The notes under the pieces: generated by a model
The model's input: the letters and a program-made list of their open reading frames with translations, nothing else
The model's database searches: none
Told to the model about the DNA's origin: nothing
Shown: positions 24,190 to 36,882 of the stretch, in pieces
How positions within the stretch are numbered: the first letter of the stretch is position 1
Layout: the number at the start of each line of letters is the position of its first letter
Program-made: the position numbers and the translations under genes
Assembly (NCBI GenBank): GCA_024704765.1
Contig: JAKMXF010000328.1
Span: 185,260-249,259 of the forward strand
Length of the DNA stretch: 64,000 nt
Reading direction: 5' to 3'
Source: Oopsacas minuta
Lineage: Eukaryota; Animalia; Porifera

Positions 24190-26545
24190 CTATTGGTATC
24201 AAATATACTATTCGCCTCCGTCATTATATTACTGTCAAGCACTAAAAACACTGGTGAACATGGTTTACATGCCTACACAATCCCCGCAGCCTTGGTTATT
24301 TCATGACATCTTCACCTCCTGCCTTCAAAACCGGCGTCTTGTGGTGTTCGTTGCGTTGACTACAATATACGTAACTGTCTGTACACCAAAAGGGACGCCT
24401 TCTCCTAAGTGTAGATTTCACAGAAACCTTGGAACCCCTTGGGCTAACCTCTATCGTTCCCCCTTGATTTATACTTGATTCCACTGTATCCTCCTAAGTT
24501 GCTTCGGTTTTACCAGATTATTCTTCTTTTCTTCTGGAATTAATTATGTTTCCAGCTCGAGTAATCTCCATACTGTTGGGTCAATTTCTTACAGTTGTTC
24601 AGATGAACTACTTTACTTGCCCCACTTCATTATTTATAAGCTGCACATTCACCTCCATTTTCGCTTTTACGACCCAAGAGCCAACGAAAAGCGGTGACAA
24701 AGTATCTTTTGAGGTTGATTTTTCAATAAGACCCAGTTTCCTTCTCTAATATCTGTCATTCCAGAACGCCGGTCGTAGTTCTGCTTCATTTTGGTCTGTT
24801 AGTCCTAGTCTTTTCATTAGCAACTTCACAGAGCTTCTCATTTCGTTGAACGGCAGATTCCACGTAGTCCTGAGGTCCGATATGTTCAATGGAGTGTTGA
24901 AAAGGTATCCATCTATCCAAAGGCAGTCTTAACTGTGTTCTAAACATGAGTTCGTGTGAACTCATCTCAGTGCTCGCGTTCGGCAGAGAATTTAAAGGTA
25001 ATTTCCTGTATCAGGCTTGGCCAATGTCTCCTAGTTATTTGACGGTCTTCGAGTAAACAAGGCAATGCTGTCTTGAAGGATTGAATCCACCTTTCGGATT
25101 GCCCGTCCCCCTCAGGGTGACAAGCCGAAGAATATTTCTTTTGAATTCCCAACCATTTACATATGTCTCGGATCATTTGACCAACTACTGCGTTCTCTTG
25201 CTTTTTCTAGTTCAATCAGCCAGCATGAAAACTTTCTCTCGGATGTGGCTGGCGTCTGATCCATTGCAACGGATTGTGATCCGATATTACCTCGACCAAG
25301 CAGGCAGCTTGTAAATATTTTTTCCACTTTCTTGTAGAAGCTACAATAGCCCATGCCTCTAGCTCCGATGGGGAGTAGTTTTTCTGACATTCGCTTAATT
25401 GACTTGAAAAAAAGCAAGGAGTTTCCTCTTCCCCATCTCATCCTCTTGGGATAAGGTTGTTGCAACCTCTTCTTTTGAAGCATCACATTCCACGTAGAAT
25501 GTTTTATTCCACTGAGGAAAGGACAAAATACATAGATTCCAACGCAAAAACACATTTATCCCTCCTCAGTTGCATATTTGCCTGTCTATATAGTTGCAAT
25601 GTCCTTCGTAAATGATCTAAGTGCTTTTTGAACTTTTTGAATACACCAATGTATTATCTATGCATGCCTCACTCAAAGGTGCATCGCGTAGTAACGTATC
25701 AATAGTTCTCTGATATGTTGTAGGTGCGTTCGTTAGGCCGAAAGGCATAACACAAAACTAATACTGTCTATGCGGCATTATAAACGCCGTTTTAGAAATA
25801 TCTTCACTCCTTATTGGGACTGGCCAATACGCAGAAGGCCCGCCCAATTTTGAGAAGCTAGAATTTCTATGCCACTTATCCAGTATATCTCTAATATCTG
25901 GGATATGGTGCGCATCTTTTCGGGTTACATCATTTAACCTTCTATAATCTACTGTAAAACGCAGTGATTTATCCTTTTTCTCTATAAGAATGACTCTTGC
26001 TGCCCAGGGGAATAGGATGGCCTAACAATACCATTGGATAACATCTGATCCAATTGTATTTCGACTTCTTTATGTCTTCGGAGACAACCGCATACCTCTC
26101 GCTTTGACTTGGTAGTGCTGAACCTGTATTTATCATATGTTCTGATATAAGGGTAATCGATGGCGCTTTCGCCTGCAGTGTAATCTACTGTGAGTACTAA
26201 CGGTACCCAATGCTCTCACCAGTCAAAAGTGGAAAATTTGAATTTCGCCACAAAATCCTGTCCTAGGATTACTGTACGTTCCGGACTGACCATGATGCAA
26301 AACCTTAAGTCTCTTGCTTGTCTATTATCAACCTCCTGATGTTCAGGATTTCTAGCAAAGAATGGATTGAATCTCATATTGCTGATGGAAGTTGGTTTGC
26401 GACGATCAGACATCCCATATGCAGAGGGGCCTTTGCTCTCGCAGCCGCTGACTTCAATTGATATAAATAATCGTCTACCTGTTGGCCAGGTTGCCATTCA
26501 TAACGACACAACTCCAGCATTTCCTGTTGCGGATCAGAAGGTGGA
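24190..26545 (-). mobile_element. Ty3/Gypsy LTR retrotransposon remnant (gag, protease, partial RT, integrase)
   Basis: Minus strand order: gag-like QPGQQVDDYLYQLK, protease ILGQDF, RT fragments YWPVPIRSEDISKTA and FCVMPFGLTNAP, integrase HPEGDGQSERWIQSFK. Purine tract GAAGGCAGGAGGTGAAGA is followed by TGTCATGA at 24308. No YxDD/RNase H and no 5' LTR seen. Confidence 0.85.
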
Positions 26546-27249
26546 TCAATAATGATAATTATGGTAACAGATGATAATAGCCATATACATATGTGAGTGT
26601 GAGGTTGGCAGCGAAACAAACTGCGCACACTTAACAACTCATAATTATGCAACAAGTGCATGTAGAGAGATGTCATTTGGAACCTATCAATACTAGCCTA
26701 GGAGATTTCTCTCATCTTTATATTAACATATTCTAACCCCTCAGTGATGAACGGTGACGTTACAAAAAATGCAATTTTTTGCTGAATTTTTGAAATTTCG
26801 TATATCGAGCATACTTTATCACGTTAAAATTCTGCAGCCGGTGCATGTGGAGAGATGCCATTTGGAACATATTAGTTGACATCTCAATTGACACCTCTAT
26901 CTTTCAAGGTCTCTTTGCAAAAATTTACACAGATATTGACATTTTAGAAAATGGAGCACACTTTAATCCGGTATACCTGTGAAACCAATAGACTTGGAAT
27001 GATGTCCTTCGGTAATCACATTACTAGCCTAGGATGTTTCTGTCATTTAGAAGACATCTCAGTCTATTACTTCTATAACTCGCACATACAATCACAATCA
27101 CATAGTATGATGTATTAAAAACTATTTTCTTTTTAGACACACCTTCCCACAATGCTGCAATCTAAATCTAAATCTATCATTTTGGCAATAACTGCAATAT
27201 CTAAACTCATTTCTCTACGTTTACTCTCTAGAGTTAATGTCGAATGAGT

Positions 27250-28700
27250 GAATTCTGAGTTTGGTCAAATTATTCCACATATCCCTCAGTAAACACATCC
27301 TCCAACGTATTCACTTTAGTCACTGGTTGAAAATGACTGAATACAAACGCAAAAACATTAATACAACTTCTTCTCAGTTAAGTCATGTATAACATGTCTG
27401 TTATTGAATCAAAATCCGGATCGTACATACGGTGCGAAATTCAATTTTCATTTTCTTCATTACCAACTCTCTAATTTCTTTATGATAATGATTTGAGCCG
27501 GTGATTACGTAAGATAGAATACTAAAGAGACAATCGCCATCGGGAGATATTCGCTTTTCCTTTGATGGAGCTAACTTACGAATTTCTAATGTTTTATCAA
27601 AAGCTTCATTTTCATAAATGACATCACCTACATATGTACACATGAATTCTTAAGATTCCTGGCATTGCCAATCAGAAGTAATAGGTGAAAATTGCCCATG
27701 TCTTAGAAAAGTACAGCATCTGATCCCTGATCAAAGATGCTTTTGTCACTTTGAATATCACATGGACTGATCTCTAATATTTCTTATGGTAAACTTTTAC
27801 CACTTCTTATTTTCTTTTCTTTTCTTAGGTTTAGGTATCATATTCTTAAGTTTTAAACTTTTTTCACAAAAATATACTTTTGAGTAATTTACATGGTTTG
27901 AAATAACTTCGCTTTCTCTTTTGATTTCCCCTAATTTCTTTGCTTTGTGTACAATCTCATTTTTTCGGTTTTTGTTTTCTTCAACAACTTGTTGTTAATT
28001 GGAAGAAACTTAAAATTCAATGCTTCAATCCTACCAGAAATTCTCTCATAATTCCTTCTTATAATATCACCTGGTCTTAATTTGTTTCGTTTTATTACAA
28101 TATTATATTTGACAATTCTCATCCAATTTTCGACAATGGAGTTTGTAAAAGTGACATTTACTTTCCAAGGAATGAGGTCGGACCAATAATCAAGCAAGGC
28201 CATAAAGGACAAATTGACAAATAATGTGTTACCAAATACTCAGGTAAATTTTGGTAAATAATATCGGCTGTTTTATTCCAGACATATATTTTCGGATCGA
28301 GTTTGCAGATTTTGTGCAAAAAGGTTATTTTTCTGTAGAATGGAATTTAAATGTCTTCCAAGTGGGATATATTTCTATATGTCATGCTATCTCTTCTTTC
28401 ATTAGGCAATTCTTCATCTATTTCTTGGTCAATTTATGTTCAATCTTGTACTGAAACGGTTCATTATGTGTGCTAAACAAATATGAATGACAGTGTTTAT
28501 ATCATTGCCAATGTCTTCCTTGTTAATAACTCTCTACCAACAAGCATTCAAGTACATGTCAAGTGTCTGTTTATTAAAGCAGTTACAGATACTGTGTAAC
28601 ATGACCTAGCCAAAATCAACTTCAACATGTGTAAGGATGGGAGCTTTATTTAATACTTTTTACTTTATAGAATCATTTACAGGAAAAAAGCAATTTCAAC
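27250..28700 (-). mobile_element. C-terminal fragment of a NOF-like MULE transposase with OTU-like domain (copy 1)
   Basis: CPLW and TNSIVENWMRIVKYNI...LRPGDIIRR (27931-28230) match the family at 55600-59900; OTU-like PDGDCLFSILSYVITGS..H..IR (27430-27550) and SHFQPV (~27335). Confidence 0.65.
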
Positions 28701-29026
28701 GTTAGTATGCTTATCATCTCAGCAAGCGGTAAAAGAGAAGTTTTAGCCTCAGGATGCAACTGGTTTCTTACAATTGAACCAGTTGCATCCAACTGCAATG
28801 TATTGTTTCCAGGCTTAAGCCTTTTGATAAGTAATATTTTTCCTCAGTGTGCAGATGAATATCGATTAAATAACGAGATACAAGCCTGTAAACAATCATT
28901 AATAATGACTCCTTTAATAGTACTTTCGTACGTCTGTTAAATAAGTAATGAAACTAACGTATCGAATTCATATTCTAGTTAATACAGCTCTAAGCCTAAT
29001 TTCAGATTACAAGCCTAACTTGATTA

Positions 29027-31317
29027 AACAACTCAACAAGATTTCTCATCAAAGATCACATACATTTATCTTAGCATACTTTTGAATGCTGAACTCGAAT
29101 CAGCAATCAGAATTTCTCTAGCACCTCTAGTTATTCTGAAATCCAATATGTATTTTTTCAATAGTATAGTATTACCTAGTTACTAAATTGCTATATGAGC
29201 ATGCTTATTTTGATTCAATTATCTGGAATATAAATGACTTTACTTGTTTGAATTCAAGCAAATCAAATTATAAACATGCATCGTAATTGTAGAACTCATC
29301 CCGACAATTTCTGTTACGTTTGTGGTCTTTTTTGCGTAAAATCACAAAGACGACCAATCACAAATCAATTAAAGAACATATACAAATTGTACTTCGAATG
29401 TCCACTTGGTGGCCAAGACAAGTCGTGGGCACCACATGTTATATGCACTTCTTGTTCAAGTGGACTACGTGATTGGTTGAACAAAGGGAAAATTTCAATG
29501 CCATTTGCAATACCCATGGTCTGGAGGGAACAGAAAAATCACCTTGATGATTGTCACTTTTGCCTTATCGACATTACAGGATTCTCAGCCAAGAAAGAGC
29601 ACGCTCTTGTTTACCCAGACTTGGATCTGCTCGCAGACCAATTCCACACGACATCTCATTACCAATCCCAATTCCCAAGCCACAGCAAATTAAAATCGGG
29701 TCTGATATGGTGGAAGATGTTCATGTAGATTCTACAGATGCTAATTATGTCCCGGAAGATGAATTACTAGAGCCACAAACATTTACACATGGAGAATTGA
29801 ATGACCTGGTCAGGGATCTAGACTTATCTAAAGACAAAGCTGAACTCCTTGCATCCAGGCTCAAACAGAAAAACCTACTCGACAAAGATGTCCTAGTATC
29901 CCACTATCGCAAGCGAAATTTCGATCTCGCTCAATACTACACCACTGATGGTCCACTGTGCTATTGTAATGATATCGAAGGACTCTATGCAAACCTATTA
30001 CAAGAACATTGTTCCTCTGATTGGCGCCTTTTCATCGACTCGTCAAAACGCAGTTTCAAAGCTTTTCTGTTGCATAACGGAAATCTAAAGCCTGGCGTTC
30101 CAATTGCTCACTCCGTCTATCTCAAAGAAACCTTCGTCAATTTGCAGGAAGCTTTGGAGGCAATACAGTATAGAACACATATATGGAATATCTGCGGTGA
30201 TCTTAAGATAATCGGGCTATTGATGGGCTTGCAACAAGGTTTTACAAAGTATTGTTGTTTCCTATGTCTATGGGACAGCCGAGCAACTGGTGAACATTAT
30301 AAAAAATGTGATTGGCCGAAGAGAACCTATGAAGTGTGGAAAACCAATTTACAGCATTCGCCATTGGTAGATCCAAACAAAGTTTTCTTACCCCCACTTC
30401 ATATTAAACTTGGATTAATGAAAACATTCGTTGAAACAATGAGCAAAACAAATTCAGCAGGATTTCTGCATTTGGTAGGCAATTTTCCGAAACTAAGCGA
30501 GGCAAAGTTAAAAGAGGGAATATTTGTAGAACCACAAATCAGACAAGTATTCAGAGATCCAGATTTCGAGAAGACATTATCCGAATTAGAAATGAGTGCT
30601 TAGAATTCTTTCAAATGGGTTTGTGAAAACTTTTTGGGCAACAAGAAGTCGTCCAACTACAGAGAAGGAGTGGAAACCTTGCTTAACGCATACGAGAAAA
30701 TGGGCTGTCGCATGTCGCTAAAACTTCACTTCTTGCACTCTCACCTTGATTTTTTCCCTGAGAACCTTGGTGCTGTAAGTGATGAACAGGGTGAGAGATT
30801 CCACCAAGACATACAAGAGATGGAAACCCAATACCAAGGTTTCTGGAGTGAGGGCATGATGTCCGATTACTGTTGGAGGCTCTTCAGAGATAATCCCAAC
30901 AAGATATATTTAAGGAAGTCGTACAATCAACACTTTAATTTAGTTAGCTACCTTTATACTTCTAGATGGATATGTATTTCCCCTTAGTTTGTGAGTAGTT
31001 AATACATGCATGAATGTGAATAATTATATGTAAGAGCTAGGATAATAACTGACATTATCTTGGCATTAATCTGAAACATCGAAGCGTTGATTTATTTCAG
31101 ATGGCTATCATGTAAGAAGACAAAAAGACAGCCACTACCATAAAATAACAGGAAAAATTTAGAAATACATAAAAATCGTTGACTTGTAGATGGAAAAAAA
31201 ACTGGACGTGCTGGAAAGAATCTGAAAGCAGATTTGAATTCAGCGTAAAAAACTAGCTTAGAAAATGTAAATCTAATACTTTGATGAGAAAATGAAGTTA
31301 AATTTTGTTGACCTGTG
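29027..31317 (+). mobile_element. Chapaev3-type (CMC superfamily) transposon, nearly complete transposase
   Basis: ATG 29276; HPDNFCYVCG, DKSWAPHVIC, WRLFIDSS, ICGDLK, LPPLHIKLGL, SDEQGERFHQD, DYCW. One frameshift (~29630) and one TAG at 30601. Right end is CACAGGTCAACAAAA (minus strand), left end degenerate; ~100-bp imperfect TIRs; TTA on both flanks. Confidence 0.85.
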
Positions 31318-31394
31318 TTATCTATCTTCGATACAATATACTCTTTACTCTACTAGCATATTTTTCGGTATAAAGTTTCATTTATATAGGCTAC

Positions 31395-34300
31395 TTGTTT
31401 CAACTAAAGGATTTTAACAAAGAAGGAAAGCGACAAAAAATTGATACCTGTGGAAAAAGGAGAAGACTGGCTCATAGATTCTTCGTGTTGCAGGATATTT
31501 TGGGTGATGAATGTCCTTCGAAAGTCACCTCATATAGATGGATTGAACGTTTTGATAATGGCGATGAGGAACTCCACGATGACCCTGGTCCAGGTCATCC
31601 GACTTCCTCAAAAACCCGCAGTCATATCGAGGGGGTCCAAACAATTTTGGACGAGGAAAGACGAATAACCCTGCGAGAGATAGAAGAGAGTGTAGACATA
31701 TCAAAAGCCACACTACACTCGATTATCACTGAAGATCTGGAAATATCAAAGGTAACTGCGTGTTGGGTCCCAAGCTACTTTCAAAAGGACAAAAACGCGA
31801 AAGGGTCAGAGTTAGCAAAGAATTACTTTCAAGATACAAGGTAGAGGAAGACCTTTTGGATCGTATAGTAACGGGGGATGATACTTAGTTTCATTATTAT
31901 GAACCAGAGAGCAAAACTCAATCGAAGCAGTGGAAGAGACTTGATGAACCTCTACCCATCAAGGTTGTTTTGCAGAAATTGGTCCTCCCTACGAAAATGG
32001 TCCGGGGGGACCATTTTCTGCAAATTCAAAAACGTTGCAGATTTTGGCCCCCTTTGCAAAAATTGGTTCCCCCTTTTCCGCATCCATCATTGCGGATAAT
32101 TTGATGACTTAGCACTTTTTAGGTTTCTTCTCACATTAGTTACTTACATACACTTATGTAATCATAACTTTTAGCAATTGTTTCTAACTTGCGTATTACG
32201 TTAACAAAGGAAAAATAAGTGGAAAATTCTAAGAATTATCAAATATAAACAAAGCTTTGAAAATGTATTTTAGGATTGAGCTGTACGAGCTGGACTGAGC
32301 AAAAAAAAGAATGATCCGAATTAACGAGGATTTATTGTAACAAGACGAACGGTGGGATACTAGTGTCCTGAATAAATGCTGTATTGGGTAACAAATCAAT
32401 TGAATTTTTACAAACTTGTGTATCAAGCCCATTACCATAAACTACATATATCAAGTAAAGGATCTAGGTACGACTTATATTTTTACTAAACAAGCAGAAT
32501 ATTTTAATCGTTGACTTATATTCGCTAATACTACAATATAGGCTTCTGTAGCCCAGCCGAAGGGAACGGTTGTGTGATTTAGAATATGTGGAATGATGAT
32601 CATTCTAAACTTGTAATATCTGTTAAATGCGTAGAAGATACAGTTAATATGTCCTAGCCTTATCATCATATCTTTACTTGTTTTTTTAAGCTTCTGGTTT
32701 TCTATCCCATCATTGGTATACCAACACTTTCCATACTTTATCTTCATAAAGAAATGCAACCAACATTTATGGTATAACCGATGAGGCTGTAATTTAGCTT
32801 TGTGCTCATATGACATATGAAGATATTTTCCTCAATTTGATTTTGATTGATGACATCTTTACTGCAAGAGCTAAAAATGTGACCAACTTGAAGGATCATA
32901 AGTGGTGGCACTCTTAAAAATTTTCTGGACATTTCCTCAATGTTGATATTTGCATCTCTGCACTTGAGGCAGTTGAAGCCAGAATTTATGTGGCTACCTA
33001 TTGTAGCCAGACAATTCTTTTCGACTTTATAGATAGAAGATAGGTTGAGATGTTTTTCTGAGATACAGCAGCAGCTCCAACATTGGAATTCAATTGAATA
33101 CTGACTGGAACATAAGTAAATTTCCTCCAAGAATTTAACCATCTTCCTTTCGTATCCTAAAAAGTCATATTGAGCATCTGCAATTGATATTCCTAGCTTT
33201 GGAGCTATCCAGTAGCGTAGTTGGTTAAAGTTACGAGCCTTACCATTTGAGTAATTCTTTCAAAGTTATGCGTTATTGTGATTGAAGCTAATCTCGTTGA
33301 TGTTGAAAGAGTTTCCATATGCAGGCTAATTAAGGTGATAAAATTATCAACTGAGCATGTATTTGCGAGTCTGGTTCCATTATATTCCCCTCCCCATGGA
33401 GTACAGCAATCTTCCAATGTTTGTGAGTGTAATGTACAGTCATTTTCTTTAGTTTTTCGTCTGGCATTTCCATTACTCTAGCTCTAGGTTTATTCAAACG
33501 ACTTGATATTAAGAGTTTTTGGACTACGGGTAGAAGGACTTTGGTAACATAATCTGTACTCTTTCTTTCCCATTGTGATGAATGCTCAATTTCTTCACTC
33601 GTATAATGGCAATAAGGTATACTTACGTTCTGACTTTCTAGATACCATTTATTCAATATCTCAGAAATCTCGAGACTGGTATCGTAATTCGTAATAGAAG
33701 AAAGATCTTCTTCATAAATAGGAGGATAGTGTTCCAACCTCCAATCATACAAATCCTTATAATGCATGTCACTTCTATTATGAAGATCATTATGTAGTGG
33801 AGAGAGTGGAATATTCGATTGGAGTGATCCAATTACATGTTCTTTCATTGACAAGAGCAGATCAATAATCTCTCTTCTTGATTGGCTGTCTTCTTGTTCA
33901 CTTGTTGCAAATACAACTTCTTCTCCAGCTAAAAATGGGGACGAAATGGATAGAATTTCATCTTCGTCAAATAGTTGGGCGTTTTCTTCTGTCAAGTTGC
34001 TTATTAGAGGGTTCAACTTAATACTCTTTCTTGTAGATGTAGTATTGGAAGACCCTCTCCAGAGTTTAGCCTTGGATCTCTTTACCCGAGTCATGGCTTT
34101 ATTTTTGCAAACTTGCAGCGTTCTCGTAGAACCTTTGTGATTGGATAGGGGCCGATCCACTTGTCTTGTAATTTCCCTCCTTTGCTTCTCATTCTGGACA
34201 CATTCTCAATGAATACTTCGTCATTTACTTTAAAGCTTTGAGTGATTGGGTTTACTTTTTTGTCGAACTGTTCCTTCATTATTTTCTTTGAGTTTATGAG

Positions 34301-36182
34301 GTTTTTGCCAGCCTGTTGAAATGAATCTTCTTGCTCATTTTTCATTAATTCGAGTAGTTCATCGTCATTTTAGTTATCCCCAAGTAAATTTTCCTCCATA
34401 GAGACGTCAGGATAGAGGAAAGCTAAGTTTTCAGCTTCAAATGGAAGGCGTGGTTTGCGACAGCCATGCATTAGTTCGAATGCAGAATATTTTGTGGTCT
34501 CACGAGGGCTAATGTTAATTGAAAACGTAACTTGCTCCAAGTAGTGAAACCAGTCATCCCGTTTCTCATATACAGATTTTTTAGAGATTGTTTAATCGCT
34601 TTGTGTGTAGATCCTACGAGACCATTCGTTTGAGGATGGTAGGGCAGCTAAGAATAGTAATTTACAACCTTGTATTTCTTTAAGTGTTTTGGAAATCGTA
34701 TTCGTGAATTCTCTTCCGTTATCAGTTACAATTTGCACCGGAGCACCTTGCCGACAGTATATTGAAAAAACTCCAGTAGCAACATCTCTCGCGTTTTTCG
34801 TTTTCTGAGGACGAGTCTCGATCCATTTAGTAAAGTGATCGATGAAAGTAAGAATGTATTTGTAACCTTCTGACTCTATTAGTGGTCCACTCAAATCCAT
34901 GCCTACTCTAAACCACACTTTCTTTATGACTGGGAGTGGTTGTAGTGGTATGGTTGGCGATTTTAGGCTAGGCAGGTTCCTTTGACACGGTCACATTTTT
35001 GTATATAAGTACGTATTTCCGTGGACATTCCTGGTCATTTGCAATACGATACGAGTAGCGAAAACATTGATGTCCAGCATTATCATGGAATTCTTTGAGA
35101 ATATCAAGTTTTTGGTCAGCTTTTATGACGATTAAGAAAGTATTTCCCGATGCTTTAACAAGTTTATTAGAATTAATTGTATATTTTGCGGCTTTCTTAC
35201 GCAGGAACCTTTTTTCGTTTTTGGTTGCGTCCAAAGGATAGGAATTAAACTGCAGGTAATTGACAAATGATTCGTACTCAGTTGAATCCATAAACAGTGA
35301 AAATATCAAATATTGAATACATTTTCAAAGCTTTGTTTATATTTGATAATTCTTAGAATTTTCCGCTTATTTTTCCTTTGTTATCGTAATACGCACGTTA
35401 CAAACAATTACTAAAAATTATGATTACATAAGTGTATGTAAGTAACTAATGTGAGAAGAAACCTAGAAAGTGCTAAGTCATCATAATTGACTGCAATGAT
35501 GAATGTAGAAATGGGGGGACCAATTTCTGCAAAGGGGGGCCAAAATCTGCAACGTTTTTGAATTTGCAGAAAATGGTCCCCTGGACCATTTTCGTAGGGG
35601 GGACCATTTTTTGGAAAACAAGGTAAAGGCCGCAAATCAGCAGGGAAGCGAATGGCAACAGTATTTTGGGATAGGGAAGGAATTATACACCTCGACTGGT
35701 TACCTGAGAAGACCACCATAAACAGTGATTATTACGTTGACGAATTGAAAGAATTGCGTCAAGCGATTAAACGTGAGAGGCGAGGCAAGTTGACACGTGG
35801 CGTGCTGCAACATGACAACGCAAGGCCCCATGTAAGCTCCAAAACAATGGCTTCAATTGACGACTTAGGATTTGAATGCCTCCCTCATCCCCCGTATAGT
35901 CCAGACCTGGCTCCCAGCGACTCTGGCTATTTGGAGAGATGAAGAAACTTCTCCGAGAGAAGAGATTTGAGGATTTCAAACGGCTGGAGTATGAAATAAA
36001 ACAGTGGGAAAAAGGAAGCCCCTAAAGAATTCTATACCACTGGGCTGGAAAAGTTGCCAGAACGATGGGAATGATGTATAAAGTTTATGGGGGAATTTAT
36101 CAAAACATTTGATAATCAATATGATAAGTTAGGTTTATATTAATTATGAAAAAAAGTCCCATTATTCATTGAATATCCTTTG
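31395..36182 (+). mobile_element. mariner (DD34D) remnant split by a Ginger1 insertion
   Basis: N-terminal half 31395-31961 (HTH, CWVP, RIVTGDDT) and C-terminal half 35625-36090 (MATVFWD, QHDNARPH-x-HPPYSPDLAPSD, 34-residue spacing). Right TIR-like end at 36182 followed by TA; left TIR not found. Confidence 0.85.
31966..35620 (-). mobile_element. Ginger1 DNA transposon with ~300-bp TIRs and a long C-terminal extension
   Basis: TGT...ACA termini, 4-bp TSD AGGT (31962-65, 35621-24), TIRs ~31966-32269 and 35316-35620. Integrase motifs HDNAGH, VGMDLSGP, FIDHFTKW, TDNGREF and [10 protein letters not shown] (GPY/F); several frameshifts. Confidence 0.92.
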
Positions 36183-36882
36183 TATTATGATATTTTCTAC
36201 AAATAATCACTTAATCTATTTTTTATTCGTGTTCTGATTTATCTTTTCTAAAAGCATCTTGAGATTTGAGAAAAGTAATACTACCATGATTCGCAACTTC
36301 TAAGGTATTAGATTGTTTATTTAAATTGGTTTAGTGAATTTACTCGCAGTAACATATAACCTTCTTCGCCAGATAATTACCACGAGTATGAAATTTTACT
36401 ATCAAAATCTTAATAGGAAATCATTCCTATGACATTTATTTTGATGAACACATTCTCTGTTCCATGTTCAGGAGCATTCTTTAGCCAGATTTGATATTTC
36501 AAATTGTTCTTGAATCTACAAGTTGCTTCTTCAACAAGATACGAGCTATTTATGCATGTTGATTTCTTCTTAATAGGATGGTAGAGTAATTAAATGACAC
36601 AAAATGGGTGAAATTGATAATTTTTAACTAAAATGTTTGTCCATTCGGTGTTCAAAGGTTTTGAATTAATCTGTGGTCGTATAATATCCCATTCTCGTTT
36701 ATTCAGCGAGAATTCAATATAATTGGGAATTTCAAGTTTTGCTTCGATCAATTATTTCTGTCGTATTTGTTGGCAAATTCTCCAGAGATGAAAACTCTCC
36801 CAATTGTCCATAAAAGGGGGTAAAATTACTGTTGTTCTGGACAAGATGAATATATGTAAATTATGAATCAAGTGAACTTGTA

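Noticed and set aside
24155-25314. Plus-strand ORFs 24155-24478, 24546-24749 and 25081-25314, and similar short ORFs elsewhere
   Set aside because: Antisense shadows of TE coding relics or chance ORFs; no recognisable motifs.
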